This document shows, in pieces, positions 45,963 through 55,064 of a stretch of DNA of 64,000 nucleotides; the stretch's first letter is position 1; the number at the start of each line of letters is the position of its first letter. A program made the translations under genes and the position numbers. This DNA comes from Anaerolineae bacterium (GTDB taxonomy: Bacteria > Chloroflexota > Anaerolineae > JAAYZQ01). The notes under the pieces were generated by a model. That model was given only the letters and a program-made list of their open reading frames with translations. It made no database searches and was not told the DNA's origin. The stretch is taken from positions 9,344 through 73,343 of the forward strand of contig DAOTXL010000077.1 of the NCBI GenBank assembly GCA_034435455.1, in the 5' to 3' direction.

Positions 45963-46730
45963 TCAGGAGGCTGTCGGTTTGCGCAAGAGGAATAGATCCT
46001 GGCTGGGATTTCCCCTGGCGCCTTCTGGAATGAAATCTACCACATTCCATCCCCGGGCCAGTTTCTCACGCACATATTGTTCAGGGTGAAATGCAGCGCA
46101 CATATTGGTCCCTGCGTATTCTTCACCGAGGATGACGAGGCGACCAAGCCGGAATTGCTCCTGCTCTTGGGGTGGCAGAATGTTGAGATAGTGTTCGCCG
46201 TGGACGGTGATCAGAAGGTAACCACCCGGCCTGAGTATCCTGAACAACTCGCCGATCCAAAAAAACTGCTGCTCTTCCGTCAGATGGGTAAAGACTGACA
46301 GGGCGTAAATAAAACCGAATTTGTTGTCCGCGTAATCCAGCCTACCACACAACTCATTTGTCTGAAAATGGGCAAAAGGCAGTTCGACCCGGCACCAGTT
46401 GATCAGCCTGAGGTTGTAGTCTGTGCCGTATAACTCGACCTCCTGTAACGATTTCCAATGGCGCATGATCCGCCCACAACCGCAACCAAAGTCGAGGATG
46501 GGGCTGACGTCGGCCAGGCTCAGGCCGTGCTTTTGCAGGATGTCGAGGATACTTTGAGCACCCCAGGCTCCCGCCTTCAGGAACCAGGAAACATCCTCCG
46601 AGCCGGCAGCCAGGAAGATCAATTCGGCCGGGGGGATGGGCAGATTGCCCTGCATCCGATTCCACGCCCGCAGGGCAAAATTCCGTACCTCGGATCGCGG
46701 CGACAATTTTCTCACTGTTTCACTCTCCAT
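45963..46730 (-). CDS. Class I SAM-dependent methyltransferase
   Basis: ILDFGCGCGR, YALSVFTHL, ILRPGG, QDLFLLRK. Confidence 0.9.
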   Translation of the reverse strand: MESETVRKLSPRSEVRNFALRAWNRMQGNLPIPPAELIFLAAGSEDVSWFLKAGAWGAQSILDILQKHGLSLADVSPILDFGCGCGRIMRHWKSLQEVELYGTDYNLRLINWCRVELPFAHFQTNELCGRLDYADNKFGFIYALSVFTHLTEEQQFFWIGELFRILRPGGYLLITVHGEHYLNILPPQEQEQFRLGRLVILGEEYAGTNMCAAFHPEQYVREKLARGWNVVDFIPEGARGNPSQDLFLLRKPTAS

Positions 46731-47963
46731 CTAAGAGATTGCCTGTTCATACGCTTCCCGGAACCGGGCCACGGCCACATCCCAGGTGTATCGTTCCAGC
46801 ACCTTTTCCCGCCCCCGCCGCGCCAGCCGCTCGCGGAGCGCCTCATCGGTCAGCAGCTCCAGGATCGCGCTGGCCAACTGCGGCACATCCCCGTAGGGCA
46901 CCAGCAGGCCGTCCTCCCACTCGTCTATCACGGTGGGGATGGCCCCGCTGCGGCAGCCGACTACCGGCTTGCCGGCCGCCCAGGCCTCGATGAAGGTGAT
47001 GCCAAACGATTCGTGGCCTGAGGGTGAGACAAAAATATCGCAGGCGGCGAAAATCTCGGCCTTTTCCGCCTCGCTAAAGTTGGGGATGAGCTGAATGCGG
47101 TCCCGTTCCTGCGGCGAAAAGGTCTCCAGCACGCGGTCCAGGTGCGGCGAATAGGTCGTCCGCCCCCCGGCGACGATGAGCCTGGCCTCCGGCATCTGCC
47201 GCCACACCAGGCGCATGGCGTGATATAGCCCGTCAATCCCCTTGTGCGCCGCCTGCTGGCCGATGAAGGCGATCACCGGCGCGTCCTCCCAGCCCAGCGC
47301 GCGGCGCAGCGCGCTCCCGTCGGCGGTTTGGAACGGCTGCGGGTCCACGCCGGGCGAGGCGATCCGCACCCGGTCGGCGGGAAAGCCTCTGGAAACGACC
47401 CAATCTCGCTCGAATGGCGTGTAGGCGATGTAGATGTCGCAGAGGGCGATGGCCTTGTAGATGATCGGCCGGTCGTAGCTCCAGCGGTCGCCGGGGTGGA
47501 GCGCCCCGCAAAAGACCAGCGGCAGACGGTTGAACCGTTTGCCCACGGCAGCATAGTACATGTGCAGCAGCGGAAAGGCCGAGGCGACCAGTACGTCGGC
47601 CTGAGCGCGACAAATGGCCCGGAACATCGGCCAGGAGATGGGGCCGTGGTACAGGGTGCGCAGCAGGTCGTTGAACGGCCAGTTGTGGCGAAAGGCGGTA
47701 GATTGCAGCCGCACCAGATACGGCGCCAGGCGGTTATTGACCGGGAAGCGGCGGATGCGGACCCCGTTCAACTCCTCATCCTCACGGATGGGAATGGCCG
47801 GCTCGACCGGGTCCACGAAAAAGCCGGGATTGTAGCCGTTGGTCGTGTAGACGGTCACCCGGTCGCCATAGCGGGAAACCAACCCCTCCGAGATGCGCTG
47901 GAAGAGGAACTCGGTGCCGCCGATGGCCGGATAGTAGCCGTGAACCACGTGCAAAACATTCAT
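46731..47963 (-). CDS. Glycosyltransferase family 4
   Basis: YYPAIGGTE, HKG, SPSGHESFGITFIEAWAAG; paralogous to 40789..42087. Confidence 0.92.
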   Translation of the reverse strand: MNVLHVVHGYYPAIGGTEFLFQRISEGLVSRYGDRVTVYTTNGYNPGFFVDPVEPAIPIREDEELNGVRIRRFPVNNRLAPYLVRLQSTAFRHNWPFNDLLRTLYHGPISWPMFRAICRAQADVLVASAFPLLHMYYAAVGKRFNRLPLVFCGALHPGDRWSYDRPIIYKAIALCDIYIAYTPFERDWVVSRGFPADRVRIASPGVDPQPFQTADGSALRRALGWEDAPVIAFIGQQAAHKGIDGLYHAMRLVWRQMPEARLIVAGGRTTYSPHLDRVLETFSPQERDRIQLIPNFSEAEKAEIFAACDIFVSPSGHESFGITFIEAWAAGKPVVGCRSGAIPTVIDEWEDGLLVPYGDVPQLASAILELLTDEALRERLARRGREKVLERYTWDVAVARFREAYEQAIS

Positions 47964-48017
47964 GGCACAGGATTTAAGTTTCTGTGATCTGTTTCTCCAG
48001 GGCAGGATGCCTCGACA

Positions 48018-48040
48018 ATGTTAAATTAACATAAATTATA
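48018..48040 (-). promoter_or_regulatory. -10 box with an adjacent perfect inverted repeat (operator-like)
   Basis: TATAAT at 48035..48040; ATGTTAA-A-TTAACAT at 48018..48032. Confidence 0.4.
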
Positions 48041-48049
48041 GACGGGGCG

Positions 48050-48145
48050 GACCTCACCCCATCCCCCAACCCCCTGGCCCTCTCCTCCGAATTCCGAATT
48101 CGGAATTCCGAATTCGGAAGGGGGCCAGGGGGTAGGGGTGAGGTC
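48050..48145. repeat. 96-bp palindromic element of the same family as 38748..38810, with a TCCGAAT heptamer core
   Basis: Terminal inverted repeats gacctcacccc/ggggtgaggtc; cccctggccc/gggccagggg; central tccgaattccgaattcggaattccgaattcgga. Confidence 0.8.
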
Positions 48146-48169
48146 GAATCGAACATGGTCGAGATACTC

Positions 48170-48943
48170 CTACAGATGGAACTTGCGCAGGGCCGTGTCC
48201 AGCTCCTCGGCCGTGCCGATGTCCAGGTACTGGCCATCGGCAAAATAGAGGCCATACACCGCCAGGCCCTGCCGCAGGGCCTCACCAAACACCTCCGACA
48301 GGACCACTTCGCGCTCCTCATGGGCAATCTGCGCCAAAAAGTCGTGCATCAGCCCGGTGAAGCGGCTGCCCCAGCAACAGATGCCCCAGGTGTTATACAG
48401 GTCGGTCTGACGGGGTTTGTCTATATTGTAGAGGACACGGCCCTCCTCATCCAGTTTGACCGGGCTGAATTTCCAGGGTGTGTCGGTGTCAAAGATGCCG
48501 AGCGTCAGGTCGGCCTGCCGGGCGCGGTGGTAAGCCACCAGCCGGACAAAGGCATCCCGTGGCTCGACGATGGTGTCGGGCATGCCAAAGATGACCGTCT
48601 CGCCCCGCAGCCAGGGATAGGCCAGGTCCAGGGCGAACGGCATCCCGCGCAGCACGTCCTGGTAGAGGTAGGCCACGTTGGTGCCAAAGCGCCGGCCCGC
48701 GCCGTAGTAGCGCATGATATCCTGCTTGTTCTCCCCCAGGACAATAAAGATCCGCCGCGCACCGGCGGTCACCATCTGCTCAAACAGATATTGGCTGATG
48801 ACCTTGGGACGGCGTTCCACCTTCCCTCTGACCTGGAAATCCTGATAGCCTACCGGGAACAGCTCTTTTGGGCAGGGGAAGGGGGCCAGCCGGGTGCCCT
48901 GGCCGGCGGCCGGGATGAGGCCCACAATGTCACTCATCTTCAC
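48170..48943 (-). CDS. Sugar-1-phosphate nucleotidyltransferase (RmlA-like)
   Basis: GLIPAAGQGTRL..PKEL, YLYQ..GMPFAL, FGMPDT, YLDIGT. Confidence 0.88.
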   Translation of the reverse strand: MKMSDIVGLIPAAGQGTRLAPFPCPKELFPVGYQDFQVRGKVERRPKVISQYLFEQMVTAGARRIFIVLGENKQDIMRYYGAGRRFGTNVAYLYQDVLRGMPFALDLAYPWLRGETVIFGMPDTIVEPRDAFVRLVAYHRARQADLTLGIFDTDTPWKFSPVKLDEEGRVLYNIDKPRQTDLYNTWGICCWGSRFTGLMHDFLAQIAHEEREVVLSEVFGEALRQGLAVYGLYFADGQYLDIGTAEELDTALRKFHL

Positions 48944-48969
48944 TCCTCATATACTATCTGCTCGTAACT

Positions 48970-49051
48970 ACCCTCCCGCAGGTTACAACAAGGCGAGCCG
49001 CTCATTGCAGCGCACTTTTACGCGGAGATTGCGCCCAAACCTGCGGGGGGT
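48970..49051. repeat. REP-like inverted repeat
   Basis: accctcccgcaggtt ... aacctgcggggggt. Confidence 0.55.
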
Positions 49052-49065
49052 CGGCAGTTACTCCG

Positions 49066-50373
49066 CTACAGCGCAAAGGGAATCTCCGGGTTGAACATCT
49101 CGCCAAACAATTCCCGGATGCCGAACAGTTCCATCAGCCTTTGCTGCGTCCACCGGTATTGCGGCGTATCGAAACAGACGTCGAAGCTCAGTGCCTGCAC
49201 GGTGGTAAAGATCTCCAGGTCGCTGCGGCGGCGGCGCGCCTGGATGGCGGCCCGCTTCTCCAGCATCGCGCTCCAATTCTCTATGGCGTCATTCATGGCT
49301 GCCAGGCAGGCCTGTTGCTGCCAGAAGGGGGGTTGCCGTGTCACCGCCGCCTCGGTCGGCAGAAACTGGCTGAGGGGCTGCCCCCGCCGCCGGGCCAGCT
49401 CTTCCCGGACCTTGCGCGCCAGCGCCGCCGGCCCGCCGGTGCGCAGGGTGCGCCATGCTTCGCCCAGGTAGTAGCGCGTGTCGTAGCGAACCGGCGGTGG
49501 GGCGGGTGTCTGCTCAGCTTCCGGGCCAAAGCGGCTGCGGTCCATCTCCAGGCCGGCCATCTCGCCCAGCAAATAGGCCCGTTTGAACTGCAACAGCAGC
49601 GCCAGCGGCAGCACCCGCTCCAGGTAGCGATCCTCGTAGTTCTTGAGGATCGTGTACAGGGCATTCCGCTCATAGAGGTAGTGCAGCCGGGCCTGAGGTT
49701 GTTGGGAAAAGGCGCCATAGTGGACATGGTAGCAGAGCGATTGGGGGGCCAGGATCACCTTATAGCCCAGGATCCACAGCCGCCAGCCCAGGTCAATGTC
49801 GTCAAAGTAGGCGACAAAATCCTCGTCAAAGCCGCCGATTTCCAGGAAAAGCTGCCTGTGAATGAGCATCGCCCCCCCAATCGGCCCCAGGATGTAGCGC
49901 ACCTGGTCATAGGCGGTCAGGTCAGGTTCGTGGTAACCGGCAGCCCGGCCGTGGCCCAGGAACGAGACCAGCAGCCCGGCGAAATCCAGGGCCTGCCCGT
50001 CCCAGGTCAGCACTTTGGAGGCTGCACAGGCGATGTCCGGTTCATCGCCCAATGCCTCCACCAGGGCAGTTAACCAGTGGGGTTCGACGCGCATGTCCTG
50101 GTTGAGAAAGGCCACAAATTCGCTGTCGCATTGGGCGGCTGCCCGGTTGTTGCCGCCGCAAAAGCCATAGTTGCGGTCCAGGCGGATGATGCGCACCTGG
50201 GGGAACCGTTCCTGCACATAGGCCACCGAGTCGTCAGTCGAGGCGTTGTCGGCCAGCACCAGCTCCAGGCGCTCTGCCGGGTAGTCGAGCCGGGAGAGGG
50301 AGGCGAAACAGTCCTCCATGTACTGCCGGCCATTGTAGTTCAACACAACGACACTGACGGTCGGATAATCCAT
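49066..50373 (-). CDS. Glycosyltransferase family 2 (WbbL/rhamnosyltransferase-like)
   Basis: SVVVLNYNG, DNASTDDS, NYGFCGGNN, FLNQD, GGFDEDFVAYFDDIDLGWR. Confidence 0.9.
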   Translation of the reverse strand: MDYPTVSVVVLNYNGRQYMEDCFASLSRLDYPAERLELVLADNASTDDSVAYVQERFPQVRIIRLDRNYGFCGGNNRAAAQCDSEFVAFLNQDMRVEPHWLTALVEALGDEPDIACAASKVLTWDGQALDFAGLLVSFLGHGRAAGYHEPDLTAYDQVRYILGPIGGAMLIHRQLFLEIGGFDEDFVAYFDDIDLGWRLWILGYKVILAPQSLCYHVHYGAFSQQPQARLHYLYERNALYTILKNYEDRYLERVLPLALLLQFKRAYLLGEMAGLEMDRSRFGPEAEQTPAPPPVRYDTRYYLGEAWRTLRTGGPAALARKVREELARRRGQPLSQFLPTEAAVTRQPPFWQQQACLAAMNDAIENWSAMLEKRAAIQARRRRSDLEIFTTVQALSFDVCFDTPQYRWTQQRLMELFGIRELFGEMFNPEIPFAL

Positions 50374-50374
50374 G

Positions 50375-52000
50375 CTAGATTGCCAGCCTCCAGCGCAAGT
50401 ATCGCCCCACCTCGCTCACCATGGCCCTGACGCCCTGCCGGCTGAGGAGTTGCCAGGCTTTGGCCGGCAGTTTGTGGAGCGGAGTCGGCGGGGGCGGTTC
50501 CTGAAGTGCCCCTGGGCCGAGCACCAGGTCAATCTCGCGCTGCGGGTCCAGGCGCGGCTGCCGGCAGAAATCGAGCAAGGGCGCGATCGGTTCAAACGGT
50601 TCGGTGGGGGTCAGCACCATCCAGCCCTCATCGCCCATATCCAGGATGCCATCCACCGGCCCTGACCAGGGCCGGGCCGATCCACCGGCCGGTGGCGCGG
50701 CCAGCAGGATGGGGCGCGGCCAGTCTTTCAGAAATTCGCAACGGTCGAATGCTTCAGCCCCGGCGATGATCAGCTCGGCGGCCCGGCAAGCGGCGAGCAG
50801 CATCTCCTCGTCGTCTCCGTCCAGGGGGAGCCGGTGCACCTGGCCCACGGCCTCCAGGGCGCGGATCATGGCCTGGTGGCAGGGCGACTCTTCCGCCAGC
50901 AGGGCGATCCGCCGGCGGATGGGCAGCGGGGCAATCGCCGGGGAGTGGCCATACATCCCGCGCACGTTGTCCAGGGTCAGCGCCGGGGAACCGTCGTGCA
51001 GCATGGGGCCAGGGCCGGGCGGCTCCCAGGCGGGGAGCTGTCTCCTGCGGCGGGGCGGTCGGCCTGGCCATCTGTCGGTCCCTTCGGCCCGCGCAGGCCA
51101 CGGCCCCCAGGCCAGCGCCTGATGGGCGGCCAGGAAGCGGTATCCTCGCTGCCGTGCCCGGCAGCACCATTCTGCCCCAACCCGATCCAGGTCGTCGTCC
51201 CCGGTCGGCAGGCCCACCTGGAGCAGGGCTGCCCGCCGGAACAGCCCGGCGGCCAGGCTGACCGCCGGCACCGGCTGCCAGCGTTGCCCAAACTGTCCCA
51301 CGTCCAGATGGCCGGCGTAGGGGTTGTGGGGCCACAGGCCGATGCCAATAACAAGGGTCGGCCACAGTTGCCACATGACGCGCGGCGCCACCGCCCCAAT
51401 ACTGCCCCGCATGGTCAGCGTCCGGGCCAGCCCGTCCAGGCAACCGGATCCCAGGCGGAACCGGGAATCGAGCAGCAGGATGACCGGCGCCTCGGTGCGG
51501 TCCAATTCTTCCGCCAGGGCCGGTACCAGAGCGTCGGACCGGCACTGAATCAGGCGAACCGGCAGGTTGTCAGGCGGGAGGAAGGGAGTAGCCAGGACAG
51601 TAACCTGGGCCGGCGGCGTTTCCTCCTGCTGCCAGACCGAAGCCAGGCAGGCATCCAGGTCGGCCTGGGCATGTCGGTGGAGGATGATGGCAGCTACCGT
51701 GAGCCCAGAGGCCGGAGAAGATCGGCTGTCGGGCCGATCTACGGCCACGGGCGCTCCACCCGACAGCAGTCCGGCCCGCTGCAAGACGCCCAGGGTACAG
51801 GCGGCCAGGTAGGTCGAGATATGGGCCGCCTGGGCCACCTCTGCCACCGTTCGCCACCTGGCTGCCGACCAGGTGGCGGCGACTACCGGGTCGAGGGCAA
51901 TGCCGATCGGATCGCCTGGCAGGTGCAGTTTCAGCCAGCCGTCGGGCCGGGTGTTGGGGACCAGGCCATCTCGCTGCCGGTACAGGGCCAGATCGGGCAT
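50375..52000 (-). CDS. PqqD/RRE-like domain, degenerate GT2 and collapsed GT4-like remnant
   Basis: Likely start MPDLAL at 52000; the GT2 metal-binding motif is degenerate (LLLDSRF); paralogous to 52015..53541; PLLDFCRQPR mirrors the neighbouring GT4s. Confidence 0.65.
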   Translation of the reverse strand: MPDLALYRQRDGLVPNTRPDGWLKLHLPGDPIGIALDPVVAATWSAARWRTVAEVAQAAHISTYLAACTLGVLQRAGLLSGGAPVAVDRPDSRSSPASGLTVAAIILHRHAQADLDACLASVWQQEETPPAQVTVLATPFLPPDNLPVRLIQCRSDALVPALAEELDRTEAPVILLLDSRFRLGSGCLDGLARTLTMRGSIGAVAPRVMWQLWPTLVIGIGLWPHNPYAGHLDVGQFGQRWQPVPAVSLAAGLFRRAALLQVGLPTGDDDLDRVGAEWCCRARQRGYRFLAAHQALAWGPWPARAEGTDRWPGRPPRRRRQLPAWEPPGPGPMLHDGSPALTLDNVRGMYGHSPAIAPLPIRRRIALLAEESPCHQAMIRALEAVGQVHRLPLDGDDEEMLLAACRAAELIIAGAEAFDRCEFLKDWPRPILLAAPPAGGSARPWSGPVDGILDMGDEGWMVLTPTEPFEPIAPLLDFCRQPRLDPQREIDLVLGPGALQEPPPPTPLHKLPAKAWQLLSRQGVRAMVSEVGRYLRWRLAI

Positions 52001-52014
52001 GGTTTCACCGGCTC

Positions 52015-53541
52015 TTATCGGGGAGAAATGCGCCATAGGAAGTAGTTCCGTATTTCGGTTGCCAGTCCGCGCAGCCCCTTCTCGCAGAGGGTTTGCCACG
52101 CCCGCCGCCCCAGGTAGGAGAGCGAAGCCGGGGGAGGGCCGGCGTCAGGGGCCAGGTCCTCGGCGGTCGGGGGCGATTCTGGCCGGAAAGTTTCCAGATG
52201 GAGGTAGTGACCACGGATAAACAGCGCGGCGATGACCGGATACTGGCCGTACATGGCCGGCCGCGGCGCGTTTGCCGTCAGGGCCAGGGCCGCGTCGTCG
52301 GAAAAGGGAGGGCGGCGCAGCCGCCGGGTCCGCCACCGGGCAGCCGTGGCCCGGGGCAGGGCCCGCAGCCACCTGCCCCAACTCCGGCGAAAGGTGGTTG
52401 CTACCCCCGGCATCCCCTGCCGTCTGGCCCACAGATAACCGCCGAAATCGCGCTGCAGGTAGGACCACAAAAGACGGCTGGCCAGCCGGAAATCCAGGTT
52501 CTTCCAGGCAAACCATGGGCGGCTGTAGGTGACCAATCCCAGCTTGAAAGTAGAGGCCATGGTGCTGACGGTGGCGGTGAACTTGTGATAGACCACGGCC
52601 CGGGGGGCGGCGACCACATCGTAGCCACGCAGCCGGGCACGGAAGCACCAATCGGTGTCGGCAAAGTAGATGAAAAATTCGGGGTCCATACCGCCGATCT
52701 CCTGGACGACCGAGCGGCGCAACATCGCCGCGCCAAAACAGGCGGTGAAGACCTGGTCGGTGTCGTCGAACTGGCCGACATCCAGGTAGCCGATAAAGTT
52801 ATCGTGCGAGTTGCCATCGGGGTGAAGCGAGTTGCCCATTGAATTGAAAAAGTGGCGCATGTAGTAGAGCTTCATCTTGGGAGCCGCAGCGGCGATCCGC
52901 TCCGAGCGGAGCATCACCCGCACACACTCGGCCACACAGTCCGGTTCCATTTCGGTGTCCTCGTTCACCAGAAACAGAAATTCGCCCCGAGCCTGTTCCA
53001 TAGCCAGGTTGTTGGCTTCGGCAAAGCCCATAGGCCGAGGGGTGGTGAGGATCTTGACCTGGGGAAAGTGCTGCCGGGTGAACGCCGCCGAATCGTCGGT
53101 CGTCTGGTTGTCCACCAGGATGATCTCCAGGTTGGGATAGGTTTGGGCCAGCACCGAGGGCAGACAGGTCTCCAGGTGTACGCGGGCCTGGCGGCTGGCC
53201 AGGATGATGATGGACACGAGGGGAAAGGGCCACAAATCCGAGATATCGTTCGCCAGCCTGGGGGCCGGTGGAGGCAGGGGCAGAGAGGGGATGAGCACCC
53301 CGGCGCGGGCCAGGACTTTGGCGGTGCACTCGACAAAGGCGGCCGACAGGCCTGTCTCGGCCGTCAGGGTCGAGATCACCTCCGCAGTCGGGCGACCGTC
53401 AAACGCCGACCAGACGCGGTACACCGGTTCGTCGCAGGCCAGCCCCCAGCCGGCGGCGTCGCTCAGGATCCAGAAGGTGCCGTCGTTGTGGGGCCGGTAA
53501 TTGTCGTTCTGCGTATAGCAAGGGTCCAGGGGATCGGCCAT
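52015..53541 (-). CDS. GT2 glycosyltransferase with an N-terminal PqqD/RRE-like domain
   Basis: VDNQTTDDS, GFAEANN, FLVNED, YFADTDWCFR; the first ~85 aa show a 3-strand/3-helix pattern ending KVLARAGVL. Confidence 0.82.
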   Translation of the reverse strand: MADPLDPCYTQNDNYRPHNDGTFWILSDAAGWGLACDEPVYRVWSAFDGRPTAEVISTLTAETGLSAAFVECTAKVLARAGVLIPSLPLPPPAPRLANDISDLWPFPLVSIIILASRQARVHLETCLPSVLAQTYPNLEIILVDNQTTDDSAAFTRQHFPQVKILTTPRPMGFAEANNLAMEQARGEFLFLVNEDTEMEPDCVAECVRVMLRSERIAAAAPKMKLYYMRHFFNSMGNSLHPDGNSHDNFIGYLDVGQFDDTDQVFTACFGAAMLRRSVVQEIGGMDPEFFIYFADTDWCFRARLRGYDVVAAPRAVVYHKFTATVSTMASTFKLGLVTYSRPWFAWKNLDFRLASRLLWSYLQRDFGGYLWARRQGMPGVATTFRRSWGRWLRALPRATAARWRTRRLRRPPFSDDAALALTANAPRPAMYGQYPVIAALFIRGHYLHLETFRPESPPTAEDLAPDAGPPPASLSYLGRRAWQTLCEKGLRGLATEIRNYFLWRISPR

Positions 53542-53543
53542 GC

Positions 53544-55064
53544 TTACCTCAGGGGCGTTCCTTTCAGGATGTGGCGCAGGCCGTTCATCAGGCGCATTAC
53601 CCGCCCCTGCTCGATCTGCTGCAAAGTCTGCCGCAGCTGTTCTGTCTCTGCCTGCCAGGTCTGGGCTTCTGCCTGCCAGGCGTGGATTTCTGCCTGCAGG
53701 CGTTCTTTTTCCGTTTCCAGGGCGGCGACACGGCCCTCCCGGTCGCGCACCACACTAGCCAGGTAGGCCAGCCGCTCGTCGCGGGCAGCCAGGTCGCGGC
53801 GCAGGGCGTTGATGTGGCTGATGAGCTTCAAGGCCGGCAGCGTTTGCCGGCCGCTCCGGGCCCGTTGCCGGTCGGCGGCAGGGCGCGGCTCCCGACAGAA
53901 GGCCAGAAGCGGCTGCATCGTCACTTCCCAGCGCAACTGCGGGGTAATGGCGTCAAAGCGCGTCTGGAACCCGGCACGAGGGAGATCGGCGCCCTCCAGG
54001 ATGGCAGCGGCCACACCGTCCACATCTTCATAGTCCACCACCCAGCCCAGATGGTGCCGGGCGATCAGATCGGCCAACACGTCGCCACGGGTGACAATCG
54101 TCGGCAGGCCGGCCCACAGGTGGTCCAGCAGCCGGGTGCGGAAGGAAAAGTGGGTCTCCAGGTGGGCAAAGTGCAGGCTGACACCGGCGTCGGCCTCCAG
54201 CAGATAGTTTTGCCGCTCTTCGTAGGGCGTCCAGTCTTTGAAAAAGACGCTCTTCTCATACAGGCCCAGTTCCCGGCTCAGGGCCACCGCCTGCTCGGCC
54301 ATCGCCATCGGCTCTACCTCCGGGTTGGGATGGCGGATGCCAAGGAACACCAGCTTCACGTCGTCGCGCAGGGCCGAGACGCGGGCCATCGCCCGGATGA
54401 GGGTCAGGGGGTCGAACCAGTTATAGATCCCGCCGGCCCACAGGAGCACATGGTCGGTGGCGGCGATGCCGGGGTGCACCCCCTTGAGCACGGTGTGGAT
54501 GTGTTTTGGGGGGGTATCGGGCAGGCCAAAGGCCACCACGTCAATCAGCCGTCGCAGGGTCGGATCGTCGTCATAGGTCAGGGGGTTGATGCGGTCCAGG
54601 GCGTTGAGCCAGCCCAGCCAGTAGTCGCGCTGCCGCTCACTGGCGCACAGGAAAAAGTCGCCCCACAACAGCAGATCGGTGAGGGCATCGAGGATGTCAT
54701 CGTGACGGCAATGGCGTTCGGCCTCGGACCGGTCGGCCAGCAGCGGCAGGCTCTCCAGCAGAAACGGGTCATAGAGGTCCACGACCAGCGGAGCAGCCAC
54801 CGCCGACAGGAAGGGGAACCGCCACAGTGTGTAGGTGGACAGGATGATCACGTCACCGGCTGCCGCCAGTCCTTTGAGCTTTTCTGCATCGTACTGAACC
54901 AGATCAAAACCGTCGGGTGCCAGCGATGTGGGAAAGGGAGTGGCCAGCATCACAGTGGCCTGGCGGCTCAGGACACGGGCGAACTCCCAACAGCGGATGG
55001 CCGGGCCGGCCATGTTTTCGTCCACCACGTCGTGGGTGATGATCAGGATTTGGCGTTGGCTCAT
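53544..55064 (-). CDS. GT4-type glycosyltransferase with a C-terminal coiled coil
   Basis: Start MSQRQILII at 55064; AGPAIRCWE, WAGGIYNWFDPLT, ETHFSFRTRLLDHLWAGLP; ~75-aa heptad tail ending GRVMRLMNGLR. Confidence 0.85.
   Translation of the reverse strand: MSQRQILIITHDVVDENMAGPAIRCWEFARVLSRQATVMLATPFPTSLAPDGFDLVQYDAEKLKGLAAAGDVIILSTYTLWRFPFLSAVAAPLVVDLYDPFLLESLPLLADRSEAERHCRHDDILDALTDLLLWGDFFLCASERQRDYWLGWLNALDRINPLTYDDDPTLRRLIDVVAFGLPDTPPKHIHTVLKGVHPGIAATDHVLLWAGGIYNWFDPLTLIRAMARVSALRDDVKLVFLGIRHPNPEVEPMAMAEQAVALSRELGLYEKSVFFKDWTPYEERQNYLLEADAGVSLHFAHLETHFSFRTRLLDHLWAGLPTIVTRGDVLADLIARHHLGWVVDYEDVDGVAAAILEGADLPRAGFQTRFDAITPQLRWEVTMQPLLAFCREPRPAADRQRARSGRQTLPALKLISHINALRRDLAARDERLAYLASVVRDREGRVAALETEKERLQAEIHAWQAEAQTWQAETEQLRQTLQQIEQGRVMRLMNGLRHILKGTPLR

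Noticed and set aside
49066-53541. RiPP (lasso peptide or glycocin) cluster implied by the RRE-like domains, SPASM enzyme and nucleotidyltransferase
   Set aside because: No lasso cyclase, peptidase, peptidase-ABC transporter or convincing precursor was seen; the context is glycan biosynthesis.
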